DNA from: Gemmatimonadales bacterium
Lineage (GTDB): Bacteria > Gemmatimonadota > Gemmatimonadetes > Gemmatimonadales > GWC2-71-9
Assembly: GCA_037189525.1 (NCBI GenBank)
Contig: JBBCJC010000002.1
Location: forward strand, 32,001-96,000
Direction of reading: 5' to 3'
DNA length: 64,000 bases
Part shown: positions 9,781 through 19,263 of the stretch, in pieces
Numbering within the stretch: the first letter of the stretch is position 1
Layout of the letters: each line of letters begins with the position of its first letter
Program-made: the position numbers and the translations under genes
Notes under the pieces: generated by a model
Seen by the model: the letters and a program-made list of their open reading frames with translations, nothing else
The model's database searches: none
What the model was told of the DNA's origin: nothing

Positions 9781-11988
9781 ATGTCTCGCACTGATCGAAC
9801 CGCCCCGCGCCTCTGGTCGATCGCCGCGCTCTGCACTGCGCTGACCGTCGCCTCGCTCACCACCCTCCACGCCCAAGCCAAGCCCACCATCGGCCAGTTT
9901 CTGAGCCCCGGCTTTCCGCTCCAGCTGGTGTCCGCCCGGGATGTGGATCGGATCGCCTGGCTTGCCTACGAGGAGGGCCATCGGAACGTCTACACGGCGG
10001 CGGGCCCGAGCTTCAGGCCGGTCCGGCTGACGCGATTCACCGACGACGACGGCATCGTACTCACCGATCTCTCCATCTCGGCGGACGGCCGCACGGTCAC
10101 CTTCATCCGGGGCAGCGCCCCCAACCGCGACGGCTGGGTGGCCGATCCGGCCAGCAACCCGACGGGCTCCGAGCGCGCCATCTGGGCGGCACGCACGGAC
10201 GGGACCGGCGCCTGGCGCGTCGGCGAAGGCGCGCCGCCCGCGCTCTCGCCCGACGGCCGTACGGCCATCTTCGCGAAAGACGGCCAGATCTATCGCTACG
10301 ACATCACCACCCGCGCGGCGGCGGCAGCGGCAGCCCAAGCTGCGCAGAAGCCGTGGATCCGGCTCTGGGGACGGAACGGCAACCCGGTCTGGTCGCCCGA
10401 CGGATCCAAGGTGGCGCTGGTGAGCGATCGCGTCGATCACTCGTTCATCGCGGTCTACGACGTCAAGACCCGCAAAGTGACCTACCTGGCGCCGAGCGTG
10501 GATCGGGATGTCAGCCCGACGTGGTCGCCGGACAGCAAGCGCGTCGCGTTCATCCGCCGCCCGGGCCTGCCGTTCGGCCAGCAGGCGCACGGCGGCACCG
10601 GCTCGCTCGGCAATCCTGCCGGACCCGGGGCTGCGCGCGGTGGCCGCGCGGGAGAATCGTCCGACTCCCGCCCCGGGTTGATGCGGGCCACCTTCACCGG
10701 CGGCTACGTCCTCTCGTTCTGGGTGGCCGACGCCACCACCGGCGAAGGTCGCGAGTTCTGGCACCACGACCCCGCCGACTCGGCGTTTGCCGCGATCCGT
10801 TCGATCCGGTGGGCCGGCGACCATGTCGTGTTCCAGGCCGAGCCCGGCGAGTGGATTCGCGCCTACGCGGTGAGTGTCGAGAAAGGCGGCGCGCCGACCG
10901 AGCTGAGCCCCGGCGAAGGGATGCTCGAGACGTCCGCGTTCTCGCGCGATGGCCAGACGCTCTTTTACGGCTCCAACGTCGGCGACATCGACCGCCGCCA
11001 CGTCTGGAAGGTCGGGACGGGTGGCGGGACCGCGACCCAGATCACCCGCGGCGACGAGATCGAGCTCGCACCGGCGCCACTCGCGTCGGGCCAGGGCGTC
11101 GCGGTGCTCACCGCATCGGCCACCCGTCCGCTGTCGATCGGCATCGTACCCTCGAACGGCGGAGCCACCCGCGTGATCTACCCCACGCTCCGTGCGGATT
11201 TCCCGACCGCCGCGCACGTGGTGCCCGAGAACGTCGTGCTCAAGGCCGAGGACGGCCTCGAGTTCCACAACCAGCTGTTCCTGCCCAAGGACTACAAGCC
11301 CGGCGAGCGGCGGCCGGCCATCATCTTCGTGCACGGCGGCCCGATCCGTCAGATGCTGCTGGGCTATCATTACATGGATTTCTACCACATCTCCTATGCC
11401 GCCAACCAGTGGCTGGCGAATCAGGGATACGTGGTGCTGTCGGTCAACTACCGGCTCGGCGTCGGATACGGCAAGTCGTTTCGGATGGCGCCCAACAGCG
11501 GCGCGCGCGGCAACGCCGAGTATCGCGATGTCCTGGCGGCGGGGAAGTATCTCCAGTCGCGCTCCGATGTCGACCCGCAGCGGGTGGGGATCTGGGGACT
11601 CTCGTACGGCGGCGTGCTGACGGCGCAGGCGCTGGCCCGCAACTCGGACATCTTCGCCGCCGGGGTGGACATGGCGGGCGTGCATCTCTGGGGCAACTCG
11701 CTTGCTCCGAACGACATGAGCTACCAGTCCTCGGCCATTGCGACGGTCGACAAGTGGACCTCGCCCGTGCTGCTCTGGCACGGCGACGACGACCGCAACG
11801 TCCAGTTCTCGCAGACGACCGGTCTGGTGCAGCTGCTCCGCGCCCACAAAGTGCCGTTCGAGCTGATCGTGCTGCCCGACGACACGCACGAGACGCTGAT
11901 CCACGAACGCTGGATCTACACGTTCGATCGGATCCAGGATTTTCTGACGCGGAATCTCTGGAAACGGAAGGCGAGCACCGAGCCGTGA
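9781..11988 (+). CDS. Secreted S9 family peptidase (beta-propeller + alpha/beta hydrolase)
   Basis: Signal peptide, WSPD propeller repeats, 'HGGP', nucleophile 'GLSYGG', 'DDRNV' Asp, 'DTHE' His. Confidence 0.88.
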   Translation: MSRTDRTAPRLWSIAALCTALTVASLTTLHAQAKPTIGQFLSPGFPLQLVSARDVDRIAWLAYEEGHRNVYTAAGPSFRPVRLTRFTDDDGIVLTDLSISADGRTVTFIRGSAPNRDGWVADPASNPTGSERAIWAARTDGTGAWRVGEGAPPALSPDGRTAIFAKDGQIYRYDITTRAAAAAAAQAAQKPWIRLWGRNGNPVWSPDGSKVALVSDRVDHSFIAVYDVKTRKVTYLAPSVDRDVSPTWSPDSKRVAFIRRPGLPFGQQAHGGTGSLGNPAGPGAARGGRAGESSDSRPGLMRATFTGGYVLSFWVADATTGEGREFWHHDPADSAFAAIRSIRWAGDHVVFQAEPGEWIRAYAVSVEKGGAPTELSPGEGMLETSAFSRDGQTLFYGSNVGDIDRRHVWKVGTGGGTATQITRGDEIELAPAPLASGQGVAVLTASATRPLSIGIVPSNGGATRVIYPTLRADFPTAAHVVPENVVLKAEDGLEFHNQLFLPKDYKPGERRPAIIFVHGGPIRQMLLGYHYMDFYHISYAANQWLANQGYVVLSVNYRLGVGYGKSFRMAPNSGARGNAEYRDVLAAGKYLQSRSDVDPQRVGIWGLSYGGVLTAQALARNSDIFAAGVDMAGVHLWGNSLAPNDMSYQSSAIATVDKWTSPVLLWHGDDDRNVQFSQTTGLVQLLRAHKVPFELIVLPDDTHETLIHERWIYTFDRIQDFLTRNLWKRKASTEP

Positions 11989-12060
11989 GGTAAGCGTTTC
12001 TAGCGGTATCCAGCGCCGGTTATCCATGCGCCGGCGCCCTCGATTCTGGGAGTTCGCACC

Positions 12061-13068
12061 ATGTTCATCCTCCGTCGCTCGTTTCTCGTATTGCTGGCTG
12101 GATCCCTGATCGCCTCGTCGGCCCTCGCCCAGGCAAACCGCCAGCCGACCGACTACTCGGCGCCGGCCGACGCGCCGTATCGCGCCGAGCAGGTGACGAT
12201 CCGGACGCCGATGGGTCATACGCTCGCAGGCACGCTCACCATTCCGAAGACCGCGAACCGGACCAATCCGGTCCCCGCCATCGTGACGATCAGCGGCACC
12301 GGCCCACAGGATCGCGACGAGTACCTGGGGTTCGGCGACTACCGCCCGTTCCGCCAGTTTGCCGACTCGCTGGGGCGACGCGGGATTGCCGTACTCCGGA
12401 TGGACGATCGCGGCGTCGGCGCCTCGGGAGGCGTTTTCAAGGGGGCAACGCCGATCGACTTCGTGCAGGACATCCGCGCCGGGCTCGCCTACCTGCGCAC
12501 GCGCCCCGAGATCGATGCGAACCGATTGGGCTTGCTGGGCCACAGCGAAGGCGCCATCGACGCCCCAATGGTTGCCATCGAGGAGCCGGCACTCAAGGCC
12601 CTGGTCCTGCTGGCCGGCCAGGCGCGCAGGCTCGGCGGCGCGGCAAAGTTCCAACTCGAGAACATGGTCCGGCGCGACACGACGCTCTCACCCGCCGAAC
12701 GGGAGGCGCGGTTGGCGGGGGTGCCCGCCCTGATGGACTCCATCGCCGCGGCCGACCCCTACATGAAGTTCATGTTCGAGTACGATCCCGCCGCCGATGC
12801 CCGCAAGGTCAGCAAACCCGCCATCCTGATCCTGACCGGCGAGACCGATCGGCAGGCGGACGCCACCCAGGTCGATGAATGGGCGGCGCTGTTCAAGAGC
12901 GCCGGCAACAAGGACGTCACCGCCAAGGTCCTCCCGGGCCTCAACCACCTCTTCGTGCCCGACCCCGACGGATTCCCGGGAGGATATGCTTCGCTGCCGA
13001 CGCCGCTCCGGGTCGAGCCCTCGGTCGTCGGCATGGTGGTCGACTGGCTGACTGCGAGGCTTCGCTAG
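12061..13068 (+). CDS. Secreted alpha/beta hydrolase
   Basis: Signal peptide, 'LAGTLTIP', 'DDRGVGAS', 'GHSEG' nucleophile, 'GLNHLF'. Confidence 0.85.
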   Translation: MFILRRSFLVLLAGSLIASSALAQANRQPTDYSAPADAPYRAEQVTIRTPMGHTLAGTLTIPKTANRTNPVPAIVTISGTGPQDRDEYLGFGDYRPFRQFADSLGRRGIAVLRMDDRGVGASGGVFKGATPIDFVQDIRAGLAYLRTRPEIDANRLGLLGHSEGAIDAPMVAIEEPALKALVLLAGQARRLGGAAKFQLENMVRRDTTLSPAEREARLAGVPALMDSIAAADPYMKFMFEYDPAADARKVSKPAILILTGETDRQADATQVDEWAALFKSAGNKDVTAKVLPGLNHLFVPDPDGFPGGYASLPTPLRVEPSVVGMVVDWLTARLR

Positions 13069-13264
13069 GCTGGACGGTTCCAATCTCGACTCGTCCGGGA
13101 TCCGAGCGGCAGATTCTCATCGGACCCGGTACGTCGGATGCGTGCGGGGCGAGGCGGCAACGTATGGGTACGTCGCCGCCCGGTCACCGACTACCTTCCA
13201 GAGCGCCCGACTGTGATCGGCGCGTCACGAGAGATTGGTACCTTACGGAGCGCATCGCGAAAGC

Positions 13265-13750
13265 ATGAGCATTTACGACTTCACGGTCACGACGATCGAC
13301 GGTCGCGAGCAGTCCATGGCGGAGTTTGCCGGGAAAGTGCTGCTGATCGTCAACGTGGCCAGCAAGTGCGGTTATACCAAACAGTACGCGGGCCTCGAGG
13401 CCCTCTATCGCAAGCACCAGGAAGAAGGCCTCGTCATCCTCGGCTTTCCCTGCGATCAGTTCGGGCATCAGGAGCCCGGCACCGAAGCGGAGATCGCCGA
13501 ATTTTGCCGGGCCAAATACGATGTCACCTTCCCGATGTTCGCCAAGGTCAACGTCAACGGGAAAAATGCGCATCCGCTGTTTCAGTATCTCAAGGCCGCC
13601 AGAAAGGGGCTCCTGGGATCCGAACGGATCAAATGGAACTTCACCAAGTTTCTGGTCGGGCGCGACGGCACCGTGATGGAGCGCTACGCCTCCAGTGATA
13701 CGCCCGAAGCGATCGAGCCGGACCTGTTCCTGGCTCTGCCCGATCCGTGA
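13265..13750 (+). CDS. Glutathione peroxidase family protein (Cys type)
   Basis: 'NVASKCG' (TGC Cys, not Sec), 'GFPCDQFGHQE', 'IKWNFTKFL'. Confidence 0.93.
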   Translation: MSIYDFTVTTIDGREQSMAEFAGKVLLIVNVASKCGYTKQYAGLEALYRKHQEEGLVILGFPCDQFGHQEPGTEAEIAEFCRAKYDVTFPMFAKVNVNGKNAHPLFQYLKAARKGLLGSERIKWNFTKFLVGRDGTVMERYASSDTPEAIEPDLFLALPDP

Positions 13751-13830
13751 GCGCCGCCTGCACAGCAGGCGAACACACTTCAGTCCATCTATTGCGCACC
13801 AACCATTCCGTAACGGTGCGCCGCTGAAAA

Positions 13831-13863
13831 CGACCGGGGCCTGACCAACCCAGGCCCCGGTCG
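13831..13863 (-). terminator. Intrinsic terminator-like hairpin, U-tract on minus strand
   Basis: 13-bp perfect stem CGACCGGGGCCTG / CAGGCCCCGGTCG with 7-nt loop, preceded by AAAA on + strand. Confidence 0.55.
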
Positions 13864-13871
13864 CTCCGTAC

Positions 13872-13899
13872 TGGACACCCTGACCACGAACGGTATCAT
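13872..13899 (+). promoter_or_regulatory. Possible sigma70-type promoter
   Basis: TGGACA-N16-TATCAT about 40 nt upstream of the 13937 ATG, which has a GGAGG RBS. Confidence 0.35.
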
Positions 13900-13936
13900 A
13901 GAGTAGCCGCTGACACCCACCTTTCCGGAGGGATCT

Positions 13937-15160
13937 ATGAGCTACGCAAGCGTTCGGATCTGCTACCTGCCGTGGGCTATCCTCGCTGTCACAGGGTGCA
14001 GCCAATCGCAAGGTGGGGGCGACGCCTGGCGCGCTGAGCGAACCACGGCCGATGGCGTCCAGATCGTCCGGACGCTGAGCGGCAGTACCTGGCAAGGCAG
14101 TCCGCAGCTCGTGGAAGAACTCACCTTCGGTGTCGTGGATGGCGCCCAGGAATACATGTTCGGGCAGATCAATCAGATCGCGCCGGACGGGCGGGGCGGA
14201 GCGTATGTCTTCGATGGGCAGGTCCCTGCACTCCGGCACTACGACTCCACCGGATCGTACACCAGGACGTTTGGCCGAGCTGGCGGCGGGCCGGGGGAAT
14301 ATCAGAGCCCAGCCATGGGACTTGCCGTTCTAAGCGACGGTCGAATCGTGCTCCTCGACCCGCAAAACGCGCGATTCAACGTATACGCACCTGACGGCAC
14401 GGCACTCGAACACTGGCCACGACCCAGCGGATTGTTCACCAATCGCGCGATGTATGTCGATACCGGAGACCATATCTACACCCGAATCATGACCGGACTT
14501 GCGCAGCCCGGTGAGCCGATACCACCGGTCGGGTTGCTGCACCTCTCACCCCAAGGCGAGACCTTGGATACGATCCTTGCACCATCATTTCCGGGAGAAC
14601 CCGATGGCAGACCAGGGATACTGGCCCCGGTGAAGATCTGGGACCTTCACAGGGATGGCTATCCTGTCGTCGGGGTCAGTGATCGTTACGCCATCGAGTT
14701 GCGGAAACCTGAGGGAACGGTCCGAATCGAAAAGGTGGCGGAGCGGATCCCGGTCAACCCGGAGGAGCAGGCGGAGCGTGAAGCGTATATTGCATATCTG
14801 ATGAAACGCTCTGGCGGGCGTGGCCCATCGTTCAGCCCAGTCCCCAACATAAAGCCATACTTTCAGAGCATTTATGTCGGCGACGACGGCACCATCTGGG
14901 TGCGCACCCATCAGCCAGGTATCAGGCGGAATCGGCCGGTCGACGACGCCACGAGATCCGATGGGATGCCCCAGATCAGTTGGACCGAACCGACCGTGTT
15001 CGACGTCTTCGAGTCAGACGGGACCTATCTGGGCGAGGTCCACGTACCACAGGGCACTATCCTGTTCACCTACGCGCGCGACCGGGTCTGGGCCACCCGG
15101 GAAGGTGAGCAGGGAGAAACCCTGGTTACCCGACTCCGTCTGGTCGAACCAGAGCACTAG
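13937..15160 (+). CDS. Putative 6-bladed beta-propeller lipoprotein
   Basis: Lipobox 'AVTGC', 'FGRAGGGPGEY' NHL/propeller-type repeat, 'DDGTIWVR', 'FDVFESDGTYLG'. Confidence 0.7.
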   Translation: MSYASVRICYLPWAILAVTGCSQSQGGGDAWRAERTTADGVQIVRTLSGSTWQGSPQLVEELTFGVVDGAQEYMFGQINQIAPDGRGGAYVFDGQVPALRHYDSTGSYTRTFGRAGGGPGEYQSPAMGLAVLSDGRIVLLDPQNARFNVYAPDGTALEHWPRPSGLFTNRAMYVDTGDHIYTRIMTGLAQPGEPIPPVGLLHLSPQGETLDTILAPSFPGEPDGRPGILAPVKIWDLHRDGYPVVGVSDRYAIELRKPEGTVRIEKVAERIPVNPEEQAEREAYIAYLMKRSGGRGPSFSPVPNIKPYFQSIYVGDDGTIWVRTHQPGIRRNRPVDDATRSDGMPQISWTEPTVFDVFESDGTYLGEVHVPQGTILFTYARDRVWATREGEQGETLVTRLRLVEPEH

Positions 15161-15250
15161 GCGCACAGAGACGCCGGCTGGAACGTTCAACGGCACCGAG
15201 AGCCACGAAGCGGATGGGGTCCGGCAGCCCGGTCAGCGTCACGCAGGTGG

Positions 15251-16900
15251 TCAGTCGGGCACTCGGCCGAACTCCACCAGATTGCTGCGGCCGTTGGAGG
15301 CCACGAGTGCCGTTGCGCGGCCGGTCCGGGACATCACGAAGCGCACCGTCATCCCTTCCGCGCGATAGCCGTGTTCGAACACGGGCTCGAGCTGGATCGG
15401 CGCAAGGCTTCGCTGCACCAGCCAGAGATGCTGGCCGCGCAGCTCGACCCACCAGGTCCGATCGAGTTCGCCGCTCCGATAGGCGCCGACGTACCGCGCC
15501 AATCGAGCCGGCTCCGATACCGGCGGCGCCCTGCGGACGTAGCGCGCACCCCCATCGGCCATGACCAGCGCCGCCGGGGTCCCCCCCGAGCCGCGCTCGA
15601 TTTGTACCTCACGTTCTCCGACCAGAAGGCGATCGGGATCGAGCGCTGTGATCGTTCCCGAAACGCCACCGCCGAGCATGGTCGGCTGGCCATTCCGAAG
15701 GGTGACCCGGAGCAATCCGTCGTTACTGGGATCGAGATACGCGCCGACCAGCGCGGCGGCCTGCGCCGCAGCAAGCGGGCTCCCCTGCCGAGGTGCCGGG
15801 ACCGGCCCCAGGCCGGTGATAATGCGATCGGCGACCTGCCGCGCCAACCGGTCGGGATCGGCGTTCGCCGCGTTGCACAGCACCGCGATGCCGACGCGAT
15901 CGCCCGGGAACTGCAGCAGTTGGGAGCGGTATCCTCCGGTCGACCCGCTGTGCTGGATCAGGTCGACGCCCCGGTAGCGTTCGAGCGTGAGCCCCCATGC
16001 GTAGCTGACCGTATCGCCCGACGCGAGCACACCACGTTCACGCATCCGTTCGACGACGCGACGATTGCCGACCACCGGATTCCAGTAGTTACCGGTCCAG
16101 CGAGCCAGATCCTCGACCGTCGTCATGACCGCCGTCGAGCCCGTAATGGCGTGGTTGGACTGATTCAGTCGCCAGGTGCCCTCTCCTGCCGGGCTGTAGC
16201 TGAGCGCGCGTCCCTTGACGACGGCAAAGGGATTGCCGCGAATGGAGCTCCTGGTCATGCCGAGCGGTTGAAAGATCCGTTCCGCGGCAAAGGTCGCCCA
16301 CGGCATCCCGCTCACGCGAGACACGATGGTGGCCAGCAGCATGTATCCGGTATTGCTGTAGAGATAGCTGGTGCCGGGCGCGAAGTTAAGCCGCCGTTGC
16401 CCGGCAAAGAGGGCCAAGACGCGCGACTCGTCGAACTGGTCTCCGGCGCGCCATCCCGTCATCGTCAACAGCGAGGCGTAGTCCCGGATTCCGCTGGTGT
16501 GATGGGCCAGGTGGCGAATCGTGATGGGGCCGCCCAGGTCGGGCAGCTCCGGCACGTAGCGGCGGACATCGTCATCCAGGTGAAGTTTGCCCTCGTCGGC
16601 CAGCATCTGGATTGCGTAGGTCACGAACTGCTTCGACGTCGACGCGATATTGAAGATGGTGACCGGACCAATCAGGGCGCCGGACTCGAGATCCGCCAAG
16701 CCATATCCACGCGCCAGCTCGATCCGTCCATCTCTCGAGATACCGACGGCGCAGCCGGGACCGGCAATCCCTTTCTGGGCCGAGAAGATCGAATCGACTG
16801 CCGCGGCATAGGCGGGCAGGGGCTGCGCCGAACCTGTACCTGCCAGGACAGTGGCCAGACCGAATCCGGCCAGCACGCCTCGCATCGAGATTTCCGGCAT
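15251..16900 (-). CDS. Serine hydrolase, beta-lactamase/PBP-like (AmpC family) with C-terminal extension
   Basis: SxxK 'ASTSKQF', YxN 'YSNTGY', 'HSGSTGG'; signal peptide. Confidence 0.85.
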   Translation of the reverse strand: MPEISMRGVLAGFGLATVLAGTGSAQPLPAYAAAVDSIFSAQKGIAGPGCAVGISRDGRIELARGYGLADLESGALIGPVTIFNIASTSKQFVTYAIQMLADEGKLHLDDDVRRYVPELPDLGGPITIRHLAHHTSGIRDYASLLTMTGWRAGDQFDESRVLALFAGQRRLNFAPGTSYLYSNTGYMLLATIVSRVSGMPWATFAAERIFQPLGMTRSSIRGNPFAVVKGRALSYSPAGEGTWRLNQSNHAITGSTAVMTTVEDLARWTGNYWNPVVGNRRVVERMRERGVLASGDTVSYAWGLTLERYRGVDLIQHSGSTGGYRSQLLQFPGDRVGIAVLCNAANADPDRLARQVADRIITGLGPVPAPRQGSPLAAAQAAALVGAYLDPSNDGLLRVTLRNGQPTMLGGGVSGTITALDPDRLLVGEREVQIERGSGGTPAALVMADGGARYVRRAPPVSEPARLARYVGAYRSGELDRTWWVELRGQHLWLVQRSLAPIQLEPVFEHGYRAEGMTVRFVMSRTGRATALVASNGRSNLVEFGRVPD

Positions 16901-16902
16901 GA

Positions 16903-17763
16903 TCACCCTCGGAGAATGGGACGAGTCAGGCAGGTCGCACCCCCCTCTGCCTTGAGCGAAAGCTCCGCACCGCGATATGCCGCGACTCGGCACCCGGCCG
17001 CTTCGAGCCGGGCTCGCGTTACCGGATTTCCCTCCAGCATGAGACACTCACGCGGCGCGAGCGCCAGCACGTTGGTCGCCATGGTCGCGAATTCCTGCTC
17101 CGGTACATCGATGAGGCGAATGCCCCGATCTTCGAGCAACTGGATGAAGGGAACCGGAATCAGCGCGGGATAGCCGACGGCGAGATCGGCATCCACCATG
17201 CTGATGAGCGACATCAGATGGAGGCAGGCTTCCGGTCCGGTAAAGTAGGGCAATTCGACCGGCACGACCTCGACCGAGGCGCCTAGCGCTGCCTGGATCT
17301 GGCGGGCACCCTCGCGGTTGGTCCGGAACCCGATCCCGACCGCCAGGGTGCGCTCACCGATCCACAGCAGGTCGCCACCCTCCGCCAGCGCGCTTCCATC
17401 GAGCCGGGCCAGGATGGGCACGCCGGCCTTTTCGAGAGCCGTGCCTAACGCCTCCTCTTCGCCGCGACGCAAGGCCTTTCCCATCCGCAGCAGGATGGTG
17501 CCCGCATCGGTGACCAGCGCCGGATCGTGACAGAAGATGGCATCGGCGTGATCCGGCAGCAGCTCGTCATGGTAAATGACTTCGGCGCCGCGCGCCGAGA
17601 GGATCGACACCAGAGCAGCGTGCTCATGGAGAGCGGCAGTGAGGTCGGGACGCGCGGTGTAGTGCCACACCGTCGGATCGGCGGCCCCGAAGGCCGCATC
17701 CGGCCGCCGCACCATGACGCGACGGAGTTGTCCCCACATGGTCTGACCACCATAGGTCTTCAT
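16903..17763 (-). CDS. Amidinotransferase / dimethylarginine dimethylaminohydrolase family protein
   Basis: Pentein motifs 'FCHDP', 'RRGEE', 'EGGD', 'CLHL', C-terminal catalytic Cys 'GGATCLTRP'. The ORF-track N-terminal extension is a shadow of the CoA-transferase gene. Confidence 0.85.
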   Translation of the reverse strand: MKTYGGQTMWGQLRRVMVRRPDAAFGAADPTVWHYTARPDLTAALHEHAALVSILSARGAEVIYHDELLPDHADAIFCHDPALVTDAGTILLRMGKALRRGEEEALGTALEKAGVPILARLDGSALAEGGDLLWIGERTLAVGIGFRTNREGARQIQAALGASVEVVPVELPYFTGPEACLHLMSLISMVDADLAVGYPALIPVPFIQLLEDRGIRLIDVPEQEFATMATNVLALAPRECLMLEGNPVTRARLEAAGCRVAAYRGAELSLKAEGGATCLTRPILRG

Positions 17764-17907
17764 CGGCAGTTGCCCCGAGCAATAGAGGATGAACGCCAAA
17801 GCTAATCGACCCGGTTGGGCTACCTCACGCGTCCCGGTATTTTCCTCTCGCGCGGTCGACTGACGCGCCAAGCCACTGCGTGGTCGTACCGTTTCCGGAC
17901 TTCCCTC

Positions 17908-19119
17908 ATGTCGTCGCCCCTTGCCGGCCTCACCGTTCTCGACTTCAGCCATGCGCTGGCCGGCCCCTACTGCACCATGCTGATGGCCCGCTACGGGGCC
18001 ACCGTCATCAAGATCGAAGACACCGACACCGGAGACATGGGACGTTCCTGGGGACCGCCATTCCTGGGCGGCGAGGCCTCGTACTTTCTCGGGCTCAACA
18101 GCGGGAAGCGCGGCATTGCCATCGACCTCAAGGACCCGGAGGGCGCGGCACTCTGCAAGCAGCTGATCGAACGCGCCGACATCCTGCTCGAAAATTTTCG
18201 CCCCGGGACCATGGATCGGCTCGGCCTGGGCTATCCGGTTGCCAGGGAGCTCAATCACCGGCTGATCTATTGTTCGATCTCGGGGTACGGCCAGACCGGC
18301 CCCCGCCGCGACGATCCCGCCATGGACCTGATCCTGCAAGCCGCGAGCGGGCTGATCAGCGTCACCGGAACAGCGGAGGGAGAGACCGTCCGCTGCGGAC
18401 ATTCGGTAGCGGATATCACGGCCGGCATGTTCGCTCTGATCGGAACCATGTTCGCGCTCCGATCGCGGGAATCGACCGGTACCGGCCAGTACGTCGATGT
18501 CTCGATGCTCGACGGCATGATTTCGGCAATGGCGTCGAACTACGCCAACTTCTTCGGATCGGGGACGACACCGCATCCGTGGGGCACGGGATTCGGCACC
18601 ATCGTTCCGTACACCTGCTTTCCCACGGCGGACCGCGAAATTGCGCTGGCCGTTGCGAGCGAAAAGCTGTGGCGATCATTCTGTCAGGGAGTGGACCGAC
18701 ACGAGTGGGCCGACCATGAGCGCTTCCGCACCAACGCCCTGCGCATCGCGCACCGGGCGGAGCTGGAACCGCTGATTGCCGCGGTCCTGGCCAGCAGGCC
18801 TTCCGCGGAATGGATCGAGATTTTCCGCCGAACGGGTGTGCCCGCAACCCTGGTCAACACCCTCGATGATGTCGCCAGGGACCCGCAATCCTCGGTGCGG
18901 GAAATGTTTCCCGTCGTCGACCATCCCACGGCGGGGCCGATCCGAGTGACCGGAGCGCCGCTCAAGCTGAGTGAGACCGAATGCACTCCTCTCCATCCGG
19001 CCCCATTTCATGGAGAGGACACCGGCGCCGTACTGACGGAACTACTCGGTCTGGCACCTCACGACCTCGACCGCCTCACGCAGCGGGGAACCATCCGCCA
19101 ACCCACCTCGCACAGTTGA
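17908..19119 (+). CDS. CaiB/BaiF family III CoA-transferase
   Basis: 'PLAGLTVLDFSHALAGPY', 'LNSGKRGIAIDLK', 'ENFRPG', 'SGYGQTGP', 'GQYVDVSM'. Confidence 0.9.
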   Translation: MSSPLAGLTVLDFSHALAGPYCTMLMARYGATVIKIEDTDTGDMGRSWGPPFLGGEASYFLGLNSGKRGIAIDLKDPEGAALCKQLIERADILLENFRPGTMDRLGLGYPVARELNHRLIYCSISGYGQTGPRRDDPAMDLILQAASGLISVTGTAEGETVRCGHSVADITAGMFALIGTMFALRSRESTGTGQYVDVSMLDGMISAMASNYANFFGSGTTPHPWGTGFGTIVPYTCFPTADREIALAVASEKLWRSFCQGVDRHEWADHERFRTNALRIAHRAELEPLIAAVLASRPSAEWIEIFRRTGVPATLVNTLDDVARDPQSSVREMFPVVDHPTAGPIRVTGAPLKLSETECTPLHPAPFHGEDTGAVLTELLGLAPHDLDRLTQRGTIRQPTSHS

Positions 19120-19263
19120 CCACCGAACGGTGGTCGACATGACCGGCGAGGCGCTCGCTCGTCTCGATCGTTGCGCAGCTAGCTCGTTGAAGCGTGCAGA
19201 CGTAACCGTGGTCGACAGGGTGCAGCTCGCGTCGATCAATACACACAACTTACGAGCTGAGCA

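Noticed and set aside
9736..12654. 972-aa minus-strand ORF, and similar long ORFs at 6094-8718, 15371-17173, 19354-21804, 24701-26302 and 57151-58965
   Set aside because: These are antisense shadows of genes with clear family motifs. High GC3 suppresses stops on the opposite strand, and the translations have no recognisable domains.
13265..13750. Possible selenoprotein glutathione peroxidase
   Set aside because: The active-site codon is TGC (Cys); there is no in-frame TGA.
13773..13800. GGTGCGCAATA on the minus strand resembling a XerC arm of dif
   Set aside because: No XerD-like arm (TTATGTTAAAT) lies 6 nt away.
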